The position numbers and the translations under genes were made by a program. Source: Clostridia bacterium (GTDB lineage Bacteria > Bacillota > Clostridia > TANB77 > UBA1234). Taken from it: a stretch of 64,000 nucleotides of DNA. Below, one piece after another: positions 1-9,711 of the stretch. Below the pieces are notes generated by a model. It saw only the letters and a program-made list of their open reading frames with translations, was not told the DNA's origin and made no database searches. Within the stretch, counting starts at the first letter, position 1. The number at the start of each line of letters is the position of its first letter. The stretch covers positions 4,762 to 68,761 of the forward strand of contig JAFXCN010000001.1 in NCBI GenBank assembly GCA_017521465.1, given 5' to 3'.

Positions 1-23
1 GTGTAGTTATATTAAATTTATAC

Positions 24-52
24 TTGCACATTAAAAATGCTTATGCTATAAT
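24..52 (+). promoter_or_regulatory. sigma-A type promoter (TTGCAC -17- TATAAT) upstream of tRNA-Leu
   Basis: -35 TTGCAC at 24-29, 17-nt spacer, -10 TATAAT at 47-52, about 20 nt before the tRNA 5' end. Confidence 0.6.
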
Positions 53-72
53 TAAAAAGCATTTAGAAACAT

Positions 73-154
73 GCCCGAGTGGCGGAATGGCAGACGCACA
101 CGACTCAAAATCGTGCGGGAAACCGTGTGGGTTCAAGTCCCACCTTGGGCACCA
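73..154 (+). tRNA. tRNA-Leu (anticodon CAA), class II with long variable arm, CCA encoded
   Basis: Acceptor stem GCCCGAG/CTTGGGC, D-arm GGCGGAATGG, anticodon loop cTCAAAa, long extra arm, T-arm GGTTCAAGTCC, 3' ACCA. Confidence 0.85.
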
Positions 155-158
155 AAAA

Positions 159-198
159 GAAACGACAATTTTCGAAAGAAGATTGTCGTTTCTTTTTG
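159..198 (+). terminator. rho-independent terminator after tRNA-Leu
   Basis: Hairpin GAAACGACAAT...ATTGTCGTTTC followed by TTTTTG. Confidence 0.7.
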
Positions 199-233
199 TA
201 CTATTCACTATAAACTATTCACTCTTCACTATT
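160..233. repeat. 74-bp direct repeat copy 1 (terminator hairpin plus TATTCACT cluster)
   Basis: Identical 74/74 to 353-426 by direct reading of the sequence. Confidence 0.9.
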
Positions 234-352
234 CATCAAAATTGTCGTTTCTAGTGAATAACTAATAGTGAATAGTGAATAATATTAGTTTCTTATCCAT
301 ATTATTCATAAATTTTAATCTTTCATCCTTAAAACATACTTTTTCTGTTCCT

Positions 353-426
353 AAACGACAATTTTCGAAAGAAGATTGTCGTTTCTTTTTGTACTATTCA
401 CTATAAACTATTCACTCTTCACTATT
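353..426. repeat. 74-bp direct repeat copy 2
   Basis: Identical to 160-233; includes a second copy of the terminator hairpin. Confidence 0.9.
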
Positions 427-540
427 AGTTAAAATTCATTTTTTTCCAGTCGAATCAATTTTACGTCGAACACATTGCGTTTCGCATTCGCGCAACACCC
501 TGTGGGCCGACGAAAATCGCTTCTCTTTCTTACTGCAAAA

Positions 541-571
541 AGGTCTCTCAAATTAATGAGAGACCTTTTTC
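541..571. terminator. bidirectional hairpin terminator downstream of the 88-aa gene
   Basis: AGGTCTCTCAAATTAATGAGAGACCT stem-loop with a T-run on both strands. Confidence 0.6.
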
Positions 572-574
572 ATG

Positions 575-841
575 TCACTTCTGTTCAACAAACACATCAG
601 CACCGCGGAATCGATATTTGATGCTGGTTACAACATACTTTTTTTCCTTCAGCATGTCGTTCACGACCTTCTTGAGAATCGGACGAACATACTTCTTCGG
701 AACATGAAGCACCGCATTCCGACCAGTGCGGAGATCGAACTGGAAGGTTTCATCGGCAAGCGAAGCTGCCTTCACACCTTTTTTGACCGGAGCAGAGATA
801 ACAGACCATACAAACTTGAGCGCCTTCTTGATGATTTCCAT
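575..841 (-). CDS. hypothetical basic 88-aa protein (six-frame ORF 575..880 trimmed to the ATG at 841 that follows the AGAGGAGGA RBS)
   Basis: ORF plus strong internal RBS 6 nt before ATG; GC about 45 % against 28 % in neighbours; no family recognised. Confidence 0.5.
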   Translation of the reverse strand: MEIIKKALKFVWSVISAPVKKGVKAASLADETFQFDLRTGRNAVLHVPKKYVRPILKKVVNDMLKEKKYVVTSIKYRFRGADVFVEQK

Positions 842-857
842 ACCGTTTCCTCCTCTG

Positions 858-1232
858 TTATACATTGCTTTCATCGACAAAAAACGGACAAATTGCCGTC
901 GTATCCTTTGTCAAATTGAACATTCCAAAACAAAATGGATTACATGCTCGCTTGCAATCAGTATCACAGTTCCATCGAGTTGGAATCTCGTCTTTTTTCA
1001 TCGCAGCAGATGCCATGAGAACATTTACCGCTTCGATAAATTCATCAAGTGTCACACAGGATTCAGGGAACACAAGCGGAGCATGCCCCGACGGAAGTGT
1101 TACCTGACCAGTATCATACAAATGCTTAAAAAAGTTACTCATGAAATCTTTTACTTTGACACAAGCTTCTCTTGTTCCACCTGGCATAAAAGCCAGGTTT
1201 TTCAGAACATAGTCAAGCTCTTTCCGATCCAT
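858..1232 (-). CDS. hypothetical Cys-rich 124-aa protein (C-terminal WNCDTDCKRACNPFCFG...ICPFF)
   Basis: ORF 858..1280 trimmed to the ATG at 1232, which is preceded by AAGGAGG at 8-nt spacing; elevated GC; no family recognised. Confidence 0.5.
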   Translation of the reverse strand: MDRKELDYVLKNLAFMPGGTREACVKVKDFMSNFFKHLYDTGQVTLPSGHAPLVFPESCVTLDEFIEAVNVLMASAAMKKDEIPTRWNCDTDCKRACNPFCFGMFNLTKDTTAICPFFVDESNV

Positions 1233-1325
1233 CCAGTCTACCTCCTTATCGAAATTGCAATTCGCAACCATATTTACCACCGATATTTGCCAATATAGTA
1301 TATATTAATTATGTAAATTTGTCAA

Positions 1326-1937
1326 TTACTTTTCATCACTTATTATTGTTCCTACCCCATGTCCTGGATATACTATTGTATCTTCTGGTAGTTCTAACAG
1401 CTTTTTCAATGATTTTTGCATTTGATTTTCATCTCCTGTTGGCAAATCCGTTCTTCCATGAGTCCCTCTAAAGAGCGTATCTCCTGAAAAAAGCGCATCT
1501 TCTACTAGTATAGATATGCTACCAGCTGTATGTCCTGGTGTATGTATAATTTTAGCAACTATTTCGCCTATTTTTATTTCATCACCGTCTTTTAACACTA
1601 TATCTGCATTTACAAAGTTAGATTCACATGAAATGTATGTACACATATTAACTGAATCATCCGTTAACCCTGCACTATCCGCTTCATGTATCATAATTTT
1701 GATATTTGGATAATAATTCTTAATATTTTTCAATCCAGTGACATGGTCTCCGTGACAATGGGTTAAAATTATATATTTAGGCTTTATTTCAGAGTTTTCT
1801 ATATAATTATAGATTTTATCTGCATTATTTGCTACATCTATTATTATTCCCTCTTTTGTCTTTTCATCATACACAACATATGTGTTTGTATAAGTTCCCA
1901 TTTCTCCTACTACACCTTTAAATGTTTTTAATAACAT
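1326..1937 (-). CDS. MBL-fold metallo-hydrolase
   Basis: THCHGDH metal-binding motif (HxHxDH) and later HTPGH; 203 aa. Confidence 0.8.
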   Translation of the reverse strand: MLLKTFKGVVGEMGTYTNTYVVYDEKTKEGIIIDVANNADKIYNYIENSEIKPKYIILTHCHGDHVTGLKNIKNYYPNIKIMIHEADSAGLTDDSVNMCTYISCESNFVNADIVLKDGDEIKIGEIVAKIIHTPGHTAGSISILVEDALFSGDTLFRGTHGRTDLPTGDENQMQKSLKKLLELPEDTIVYPGHGVGTIISDEK

Positions 1938-1981
1938 TCCTATTGTCCTCCTCTAAAACTATTCAACATTAATAGAAATCC

Positions 1982-2038
1982 GGATTTTCTAAGTTTTCAC
2001 TAACGAAGCGAGATGCTGATTTTCATGCAAATCCGCTA
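1982..2038. repeat. 57-bp direct repeat copy 1 (relA 3' flank)
   Basis: Identical to 2125-2181; the unit ends GGATTT...AAATCC can pair. Confidence 0.9.
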
Positions 2039-2124
2039 CATTTTTTCTTCATGATTTGTATCAAAATTAGTATATCGCAAGGCAGTGAAAGCTAGAAAAC
2101 CGGAGGCGTATGTTTATACGTTGA

Positions 2125-2181
2125 GGATTTTCTAAGTTTTCACTAACGAAGCGAGATGCTGATTTTCATGCAAATCCGCTA
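2125..2181. repeat. 57-bp direct repeat copy 2, abutting the relA stop codon
   Basis: Identical to 1982-2038; ends exactly at the relA TAG (2179-2181). Confidence 0.9.
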
Positions 2182-4359
2182 TTGTTTACTACGTTGAACC
2201 TCATATACACTATCAACTTTTCTAACTGCCTTTAATGCTTTATTTAATTTATCTGTATCTTCAACTTCTATACCAACTGAAATAATCGCAACTCTATTTT
2301 GCGTTGTTCTAGCATTTATTGAAACAATTTTCGCTTTCGCATCATTTAATGCAACTGTTATGTCAGCAAGCAATCCATTTCTGTCGTTTGCATATATTTC
2401 TAAGTCTGCCATATATGAAGCATGGATTTCTTTTGTCCACCATACATCTATAAGTCTTTGTTCGTCAGAAACTAAATCTTTACAGTTTATGCAATCAGCT
2501 CTATGTACAGATACTCCTCTTCCTTTTGTTATATAACCTATTATTTCGTCTCCTGGCAATGGATTACAACATTTTGAAAGTTTTACTAGGCAGTTTTCTA
2601 TTCCTCTAACTTCTATACCTGTTTTTGAACTTGTTCTCTTTTTATTCTTAGCTTCTTTAAGTTCTGCAATTTTTTCTTCTATTTCTAGTTCTTTATTTTC
2701 TTTTTTATATTCCTCTAATAATCTTGTAATAATTTTTATTGGTGATATTGCGCCAAATCCTATTGCTGCATAGCAATCATCAATCGTAGAATATTTATAT
2801 TTTGTTAAAGCTTTTTCAAGCCATTCTGTTTTAAATAATTCATTGAAACTCATTCCAATACGTTTCAATTCTTTTTCCATCATTTCTTTACCTTTTATTG
2901 TATTTTCTTCACGTTGCGCTTTTTTAAACCAGTTTTGAATCTTATTTCTTGCCGCATTTGTTTTTACTATTTTTAACCAGTCACGGCTAGGTCCTTTTGA
3001 ATTATCTGATGTTATTATTTCTACAATGTCACCATTCTTTAATTTAGTAATCAATGGTACTATTTTACTATTTACTTTAGCGCCAACCATTCTATGTCCA
3101 ACTTGTTCATGAACCATATATGCAAAGTCTATTGGTGTACTTCCAGCAGGCATTGATTTAATGTCTCCTCTTGGTGTGAATACAAATACATCTTCATCAA
3201 ACAAATCAAACTTTAACTTACTCATAAATTCTTTGTCGTCGTTTGTTTCTTTTTGCCATTCTATAGATTCACGAAGCCATGATAATTTGTCATCTGTAAC
3301 AGATACGCTTGCACCTTTCTCTTTATATGCCCAGTGTGCAGCGATACCATATTCAGCAACTCTATGCATGTCCCATGTCCTAATTTGCACTTCAAAAGGA
3401 ACACCGTTTGTTCCAATAAGTGTAGTATGTAATGATTGATACATATTAGGTTTAGGCATTGCTATATAGTCCTTAAATCTTCCTGGCATTGGTTTGTACA
3501 TTTCGTGTACTAGTCCAAGTGATGAATAGCAATCTTTTACTGAATTTACTATTATTCTCAATGCAAATAAATCATATATTTGATCTAATGTCTTATTATC
3601 TCTTTGCATTTTTCTGTATATGCTATACAAATGTTTTGGTCTACCATATACTTCTGCTTGTATTTTCATTGTACTTAATTTTTTTCTAATGTCTTCAATT
3701 ATTTCGTTTATAAATGTTTCTCTTTCTTCTCTTTTTGAATTTATACCTTCAACTAATTCTGCATATGCTTCGTGTTCTAGATAGAAAAAGCTTAAATCTT
3801 CAAGCTCCCATTTTATAGAATAAATACCTAGTCTGTTGGCAAGTGGCGCATATAATTGTCTTGTTTCTTTTGCGATTGCAATTTTTCTTTCATCAGACAA
3901 ATGTTTTAATGTTCTCATGTTGTGAAGTCTATCTGCAAGTTTAATCATTAAAACTCTTATATCTTTTGCCATTGCCATGTAAAATTTTCTATAGTCTTCT
4001 ACTTGTTGCTCTTCTTTGTCAATGTATGAAGATATTTTACTTAATTTTGTAACACCATCAACTAACTCTAAAACTTCTTCTCCGAAATCTTGCTTTACAT
4101 CTTCACGAGTTATAGGTGTATCTTCAACAACATCATGCAATAACGCTGCACATATTGTTGCATCATCTAATTCTAATGTTGTTATTATGTACGCAACTTC
4201 AAGAGGGTGTATTATATATGGTTCACCCGACATTCTTTTTTGTTCTCCATGCGCTTCTATTGCATATTCATATGCTTTTTTTATTAATTTTGTATCTGCT
4301 TTTTTATTATATTTTTTTGCGTTCGATATGATATCTTGTATTGTAGCCATATTGCTCAC
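2179..4359 (-). CDS. relA: bifunctional (p)ppGpp synthetase/hydrolase RelA/SpoT (Rel)
   Basis: 726 aa; HD domain (HPLEVA...HD), synthetase domain, TGS and ACT C-terminal regions. Confidence 0.9.
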   Translation of the reverse strand: MSNMATIQDIISNAKKYNKKADTKLIKKAYEYAIEAHGEQKRMSGEPYIIHPLEVAYIITTLELDDATICAALLHDVVEDTPITREDVKQDFGEEVLELVDGVTKLSKISSYIDKEEQQVEDYRKFYMAMAKDIRVLMIKLADRLHNMRTLKHLSDERKIAIAKETRQLYAPLANRLGIYSIKWELEDLSFFYLEHEAYAELVEGINSKREERETFINEIIEDIRKKLSTMKIQAEVYGRPKHLYSIYRKMQRDNKTLDQIYDLFALRIIVNSVKDCYSSLGLVHEMYKPMPGRFKDYIAMPKPNMYQSLHTTLIGTNGVPFEVQIRTWDMHRVAEYGIAAHWAYKEKGASVSVTDDKLSWLRESIEWQKETNDDKEFMSKLKFDLFDEDVFVFTPRGDIKSMPAGSTPIDFAYMVHEQVGHRMVGAKVNSKIVPLITKLKNGDIVEIITSDNSKGPSRDWLKIVKTNAARNKIQNWFKKAQREENTIKGKEMMEKELKRIGMSFNELFKTEWLEKALTKYKYSTIDDCYAAIGFGAISPIKIITRLLEEYKKENKELEIEEKIAELKEAKNKKRTSSKTGIEVRGIENCLVKLSKCCNPLPGDEIIGYITKGRGVSVHRADCINCKDLVSDEQRLIDVWWTKEIHASYMADLEIYANDRNGLLADITVALNDAKAKIVSINARTTQNRVAIISVGIEVEDTDKLNKALKAVRKVDSVYEVQRSKQ

Positions 4360-4363
4360 CCCT

Positions 4364-6052
4364 TTATAAGCTCTTCTTTATATCTTTTACATTTAATTGA
4401 ATTGTTTCTCTTCCGTTAAATTTATTTATTTCTAAATGGAATAAAATATCTACCTTATCTCCCATTCGTATACTATCTTTTTTGTCTCCCATATTAAAAG
4501 CAATTGCATCAAAAACAATATTACCATCTTTAACATTAAGTTTTAAATGCTTATCATTCGATAGAGTTCTAATGCTGTCTACTTTAATATTTTTATACAT
4601 AAAGATTGGTGGCATATTATTTTCACCATAAGGCTCTAATAGTCTTAAATCTTGAATTGTTTTTCCTGATACTTCTTTTGTACTAACTTCTGCATCTATT
4701 TTTATTACTGGCAAAAATTCTTCAGTAATTTTTTCGTTTGCATATTTTATTATGCAATCTTTAAAATCATTGAATTTATTTTTTTCAACCGAAAGACCTA
4801 TTGCCATTTCATGTCCACCAAATTTTTGCAAATGTTCAGACGCAGCATTTAATGCTTCATGTAAGTCAAAACCATCTATGCTTCTTCCTGACCCTTTTCC
4901 AATTTCATCGTCAAAGCAGACAAGGATAGACGGCTTATAATATAGCTCTGTGATCTTAGACGCAACTATTCCAATTACACCATGATACCACTTATCGCTT
5001 CCAACTACTATTGCATTATCATTATACATCTTTGCTTCTTCAATTTTCGCAACAGCATCAGCCATAATTCCTTTTTCTACTTCTTGTCTTTCTTTATTTT
5101 TTTCTTGTAATTTGTTAGCTATATCCATAGCTATACTTTCATCAGATGTAAGTAACATTTCTACTGCTATATCCGCTTCTCCCATACGTCCACAAGCATT
5201 AATTCTTGGCGCAAGTCCAAATGAAATTGCAGAAGAATCTATTTCTGAATATCCTGAAATATTAATTAATGCTTTTAATCCAATGTTTTTTGTCTTTTTG
5301 ATATATTCAAGACCATATTTAACTATAACTCTATTTTCATCAACAAGCGGAACTATATCTGCTACTGTTCCAAGACATACGATGTCTAAATATTTCAAAT
5401 AACTTTCACTTGGTAAATTCATGTTTATTGATAATGCATGAATCAATTTAAATGTTACGCCAACACCAGCTAATGAATTAAATGGATACGTACTATCTGG
5501 TCTCTTTGGGTCAATAACTGCAAATGTATTTGGCAAAACAGCTGGACATTCATGATGGTCTGTAACTATTACATCAATCCCTAATGATTTTGCAAATTCT
5601 ATCTCATCATATGCTGATATTCCGCAATCAACCGTGATTAATAATGTTGTACCTCTATCTTTTATTTTTTGAAGCGCGTTATTATTTAATCCATAACCTT
5701 CTTCTAATCTATTAGGAAGATAATAATCAACTATGATACCATTTTCATCTAAAAAGCGTTTCAATATTGTTATACATGTAATTCCATCAACATCATAATC
5801 GCCATATATTGTTATTTTTTCTTTTTGTTCTATTGCTTGATTAATTCTTTTAACTGCAACCTCCATATCATTTAACATATATGGATCATATAAATCATCT
5901 AAGCTAGGATATAGAAATTTTTTTATCTTTTCATCAGTATCTATTCCTCTATTAACTAAAATACGTGCCAATAATAATGATATGTTATTTTTTAAAGCAA
6001 TTTCTTCTATAATTTTACTGTCAACACTATATGTTTCCCATTTTTTCGTCAT
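4364..6052 (-). CDS. recJ: single-stranded-DNA-specific exonuclease RecJ
   Basis: 562 aa; DHH/DHHA1 motifs (VDCGIS...VIVTDHH). Confidence 0.9.
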   Translation of the reverse strand: MTKKWETYSVDSKIIEEIALKNNISLLLARILVNRGIDTDEKIKKFLYPSLDDLYDPYMLNDMEVAVKRINQAIEQKEKITIYGDYDVDGITCITILKRFLDENGIIVDYYLPNRLEEGYGLNNNALQKIKDRGTTLLITVDCGISAYDEIEFAKSLGIDVIVTDHHECPAVLPNTFAVIDPKRPDSTYPFNSLAGVGVTFKLIHALSINMNLPSESYLKYLDIVCLGTVADIVPLVDENRVIVKYGLEYIKKTKNIGLKALINISGYSEIDSSAISFGLAPRINACGRMGEADIAVEMLLTSDESIAMDIANKLQEKNKERQEVEKGIMADAVAKIEEAKMYNDNAIVVGSDKWYHGVIGIVASKITELYYKPSILVCFDDEIGKGSGRSIDGFDLHEALNAASEHLQKFGGHEMAIGLSVEKNKFNDFKDCIIKYANEKITEEFLPVIKIDAEVSTKEVSGKTIQDLRLLEPYGENNMPPIFMYKNIKVDSIRTLSNDKHLKLNVKDGNIVFDAIAFNMGDKKDSIRMGDKVDILFHLEINKFNGRETIQLNVKDIKKSL

Positions 6053-6147
6053 ATTCCTCCACCTTTATTAATAATTTTTCTTTATTTTATAATAAAAAAA
6101 GACTTTTTAAAAGTCTTTTTTATAAATTACAATATTTTGTAAATAAT

Positions 6148-7416
6148 CTAGAATAATCGTTTAACGATATCATTACATTTTTCCATTATTTCATTTTCGT
6201 CTATACCTAAAACAACTCTATTTTCCATTAAAACATTTCCATCTACTATAACAGTTTCAACGTCGGCTCCATTTACTGAATATGCAAGTGTTGAATATAT
6301 ATCATGAACTGGACATAGATGTGGTTTATTTAAATCAATTATTATTAAGTCTGCTTTTTTACCAACTTCTAATGAGCCAATTTCGTTTTCTAATCCTAAT
6401 ACTTTGGCTCCATCAATCGTTGCCATTTGTAATACATCCTTTGCAGATATTGCAGTTGCACTTTTGTATGTTGCTTTTTGTAAATATGCAGCGCTTTTTA
6501 TTTCTTCAAACATATCTAATGTATTTGTGCTGCCTTGACCGTCTGTGCCAAGGCAAACAGTTAGACCATTTTCTCTTTGTTTCTTTATATTAGCAATTCC
6601 GCTTCCTAATTTTTGATTACTAATTGGATTATGAACTATTCCACCTTTTATGTGTTTTAAAGAATTTATATCTTCATCGTTAAGATGTACACCATGCGCT
6701 AATATAACATGATTTTCAAAAGTATTTAATTCTTCTAGATATTCAGTAGTAGATTTATTATATTTTTCTTTCATTTGATTTACTTCGTCTAGTGTTTCTA
6801 AATAATGAATATGAAGTGGAGCATTTAACTTTTTGGCTAACTCTAATGATTTTTTTATAGTTTCTGGTGGGCATGTGTATGTCGCATGCGCTCCTACACA
6901 AACTTTTATTCTTTCATTTTCTCTATTGTGCCATTCATTATATAATTCTTCTGCTTCTTTTAATCTAGCATCCGCAGCTTCTCCATCACCAATTATGCAT
7001 CTCGATAACGTACCACGCATTTTTAATTTTGTAAGTGCCTCAGCAGTTTTTTCTTCAAAGAAATAATGATCACAAAAAGTTGTTGTACCACTTTTAACCA
7101 TTTCTATCATTGAAAGCAATGATAACCAGTACACATCTTCTGGAGTCATTAAATCTTCTATTTTCCATACTTTTTGCAACCAATCCATAAGTTCTAAGTC
7201 ATCAGAGTAACCTCTGAACAAAGACATTGCAATATGAGTATGTGCATTTATCATACCTGGCATTACAACTTTTCCAGTTGCATCAATTACTTTATCAGCT
7301 TCTTTTTCAATGATACCAATTTCAACAATTCTGTTATCTTCAATTAGCAAATCAGCTTTTGATATTGGCGAAACCATGTTAACTATATATGCATTTTTTA
7401 TTAATATTGAACTCAT
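6148..7416 (-). CDS. mtaD: amidohydrolase, MtaD-like 5-methylthioadenosine/S-adenosylhomocysteine deaminase
   Basis: 422 aa; MPGMINAHTHIAMSLFRG metal-binding signature of chlorohydrolase/MtaD family. Confidence 0.65.
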   Translation of the reverse strand: MSSILIKNAYIVNMVSPISKADLLIEDNRIVEIGIIEKEADKVIDATGKVVMPGMINAHTHIAMSLFRGYSDDLELMDWLQKVWKIEDLMTPEDVYWLSLLSMIEMVKSGTTTFCDHYFFEEKTAEALTKLKMRGTLSRCIIGDGEAADARLKEAEELYNEWHNRENERIKVCVGAHATYTCPPETIKKSLELAKKLNAPLHIHYLETLDEVNQMKEKYNKSTTEYLEELNTFENHVILAHGVHLNDEDINSLKHIKGGIVHNPISNQKLGSGIANIKKQRENGLTVCLGTDGQGSTNTLDMFEEIKSAAYLQKATYKSATAISAKDVLQMATIDGAKVLGLENEIGSLEVGKKADLIIIDLNKPHLCPVHDIYSTLAYSVNGADVETVIVDGNVLMENRVVLGIDENEIMEKCNDIVKRLF

Positions 7417-7425
7417 TTTTTCTCC

Positions 7426-8085
7426 TTATATTATTAATGATATTGACATTATAAAAACAACATAGATACTAAAAGATGCATATCTAAAATATATACCCTT
7501 TATAGTTTTAGGTACCATCTCTTCATATCTATCTGCTATTTCATTTGAATCATATTTCGATAAATATTTTCTAGCAAGAATAAGACTTCTGTATATTGCA
7601 TCTGTTTCTAAAATCATATTGATGCAAAAACTAATAAATGCTACTAAAAAATATGTAAGCAACAATTCAACTGAAATCTTATTTAGAAATAATACTATAA
7701 ATAACACAAAGGTAAATATATTTAAAATATTCTTTAAAGTAAAGTTTGCAATATGCATTTTTCTACTTTGAATAGAATGTATGCATTCATGTGCTATAAA
7801 AAGAATTCTTGAAAAACTCTTTTTAGACATTTCATTATTGCTTAAAATAATTTTATCTAAAAAGAAAATATATGCACTACTTCTAGTATTATCATCTAAC
7901 TGTATCTCACATTCTTTATTTATCATTTTTTGCAGTTCACTGCAAACTTGCTTATTGTCTGGTAGTGTGGCTATTTTATTGTCATACTTTTCATCACATG
8001 CTTCTTCTTTTATTTTTTTCATTTCATTAAAATTAACTATTATTAAAAATACTGTTGCAACTAAAAATGTGATAAATACTAGCAC
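7426..8085 (-). CDS. membrane protein with HExxH motif (putative zinc metallopeptidase)
   Basis: 219 aa; several TM segments; FIAHECIHSIQ motif. Confidence 0.5.
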   Translation of the reverse strand: MLVFITFLVATVFLIIVNFNEMKKIKEEACDEKYDNKIATLPDNKQVCSELQKMINKECEIQLDDNTRSSAYIFFLDKIILSNNEMSKKSFSRILFIAHECIHSIQSRKMHIANFTLKNILNIFTFVLFIVLFLNKISVELLLTYFLVAFISFCINMILETDAIYRSLILARKYLSKYDSNEIADRYEEMVPKTIKGIYFRYASFSIYVVFIMSISLII

Positions 8086-8099
8086 AACATCACCTCATA

Positions 8100-8435
8100 T
8101 TATTCTAATATTTCTCTTAATCCTTCACCAATAATTTTATATATATCTGATAGCATAACATCGAATTGAACTTCTTTATCAAAAAATTCTTTAACTTTTT
8201 GGTTACTAACTAAAACTTGGTATAAACTTTGAAGTTTTTCCATTTTTTCTGCATCTGCTTCTTGACCTTGCATCAATAAGCTTTGAACTTCTACTTGTTT
8301 TTCTCTAAAATCTTTTATCATTTCTTTGTTTTTCTCATCTTTATATAATTCTTCTTTTATTGTTAAATATTGTTTAACTTCTTCACTTTCTTTTATTGCT
8401 CTAACTAATTCATGTACTTTATCATATGGATTCAT
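8100..8435 (-). CDS. YlbF/YmcA family protein (UPF0342)
   Basis: 111 aa; helical and acidic; conserved N-terminal MNxYDKxHEL pattern of the family. Confidence 0.6.
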   Translation of the reverse strand: MNPYDKVHELVRAIKESEEVKQYLTIKEELYKDEKNKEMIKDFREKQVEVQSLLMQGQEADAEKMEKLQSLYQVLVSNQKVKEFFDKEVQFDVMLSDIYKIIGEGLREILE

Positions 8436-8494
8436 ACAAAAACCTCCTTAAAATTTATACCTTGATTATCTATCATTAGCCTCAAAAAGTCAAG

Positions 8495-9328
8495 TTAGTA
8501 CAACAAATTACCTTGTCTTAATCCAGTAGCCTCTTTTATCTGCCACTTGCCATCTTGATACTTCCATACAATTGTTATTTCATCTATTATATTTAACTTA
8601 TCTTTCATAATTATTCGTTGGGTTGTTTTTAATCCAGTACAATCCGATAGCTTTACAAGTTCAGTATTAATAATCCCTGTTGTTTTTGGTTTTATTTCAT
8701 TTTCTAATAATTTACCTGATGCATCAAATATTTTTTTATTAATATATATTTCTTTTTCATTTTGTAAATCAAGCATATTATTTACATTTAATTTTCTGTT
8801 TGTAACATTTGCTTTAAAGCCATCCAACAAATTTATCGTAAAATATATTCCTTTATTATCTTTATCTCTAAAAATCTCTTTAAGATTACTTTCGCTAAAT
8901 GTTACAATTCTAATTTTACATTCTCCATCATTCTCGAGAATCGTCATTATATCACTCACATTATCTCCAGTAAAATCACTTAATTCTATTTTAGCATTAT
9001 TACCACTAAATTTTTTCAATTCAAGTTTGGTATATTCATTATTTCCCGAGTCATACAAAACAATATCAACATTTTTTGAAAAAGCATCTTGAATATTGCT
9101 TTTTTCGCCAATTAATAGAATCATGTCATTAATTGAATCACCTGTTACATCACCAATTGTATAATTAAGTACATATTTTTTGTTTTCCGTTTCAAACACT
9201 GTAAATTCTTCGCCTATATTAACATCTAGTGGCTTTTCCACAATTGTTTCATCCTTCACAAACAACTTTAAAGCAAGTGCAAATAATATCAAAACAATTA
9301 CAGCTATCCATATCAATTTATTCTTCAT
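8495..9328 (-). CDS. hypothetical membrane-anchored protein with FG-GAP-like D-x-[ST]-x-D repeats
   Basis: 277 aa; N-terminal TM helix; repeats VTGDSINDM / FTGDNVSDI. Confidence 0.4.
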   Translation of the reverse strand: MKNKLIWIAVIVLILFALALKLFVKDETIVEKPLDVNIGEEFTVFETENKKYVLNYTIGDVTGDSINDMILLIGEKSNIQDAFSKNVDIVLYDSGNNEYTKLELKKFSGNNAKIELSDFTGDNVSDIMTILENDGECKIRIVTFSESNLKEIFRDKDNKGIYFTINLLDGFKANVTNRKLNVNNMLDLQNEKEIYINKKIFDASGKLLENEIKPKTTGIINTELVKLSDCTGLKTTQRIIMKDKLNIIDEITIVWKYQDGKWQIKEATGLRQGNLLY

Positions 9329-9382
9329 AACGCAAAACCTCCTCCTTTATACATAAGTATTAGGAAGAGGTTTATTATATTA

Positions 9383-9697
9383 CTAATATTCAATTGGATT
9401 TGCTGTTAATTTTATTATCTTACTCATATTATCATCTTTCGCAGAAATATTTTTTCTAATCTTTCCACACTTCTTACATTTATAAATTATAACATATCCT
9501 TTTTTACTATTAAGCTCTACCGAAATCGGTTCTAATGCACCATGGCACTCTTCAGCCCTATCACCAGGATTTTTATCCACGTGCTTTGAATACAAACAAT
9601 TAGGGCAATGATCTCTTGATGAGTACCCTAACTTTGGTACTTTAGCACCACAATTTTCACATATAAATTCATCATCTATTTCAACAAAATTTGCCAT
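9383..9697 (-). CDS. RNHCP domain zinc-ribbon protein
   Basis: 104 aa; CENCG...CPNC...CKKCG cysteine pairs. Confidence 0.55.
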   Translation of the reverse strand: MANFVEIDDEFICENCGAKVPKLGYSSRDHCPNCLYSKHVDKNPGDRAEECHGALEPISVELNSKKGYVIIYKCKKCGKIRKNISAKDDNMSKIIKLTANPIEY

Positions 9698-9711
9698 TTT
9701 AATTCATCCTT

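Noticed and set aside
24-265. Plus-strand ORFs of 76 and 64 aa at the window start
   Set aside because: They read straight through tRNA-Leu(CAA) and its terminator, with no RBS. They are artefacts.
726-1298. Plus-strand ORFs of 190 and 80 aa overlapping the two cassette genes
   Set aside because: They are antisense to the two minus-strand genes that have strong SD sequences. No start context supports them.
1982-2181. Possible mini CRISPR array (two identical 57-bp repeats with 86-bp spacer)
   Set aside because: There are only two repeat copies, the repeat length is atypical, no cas genes or leader are present, and copy 2 abuts the relA stop. It was recorded as a direct repeat instead.
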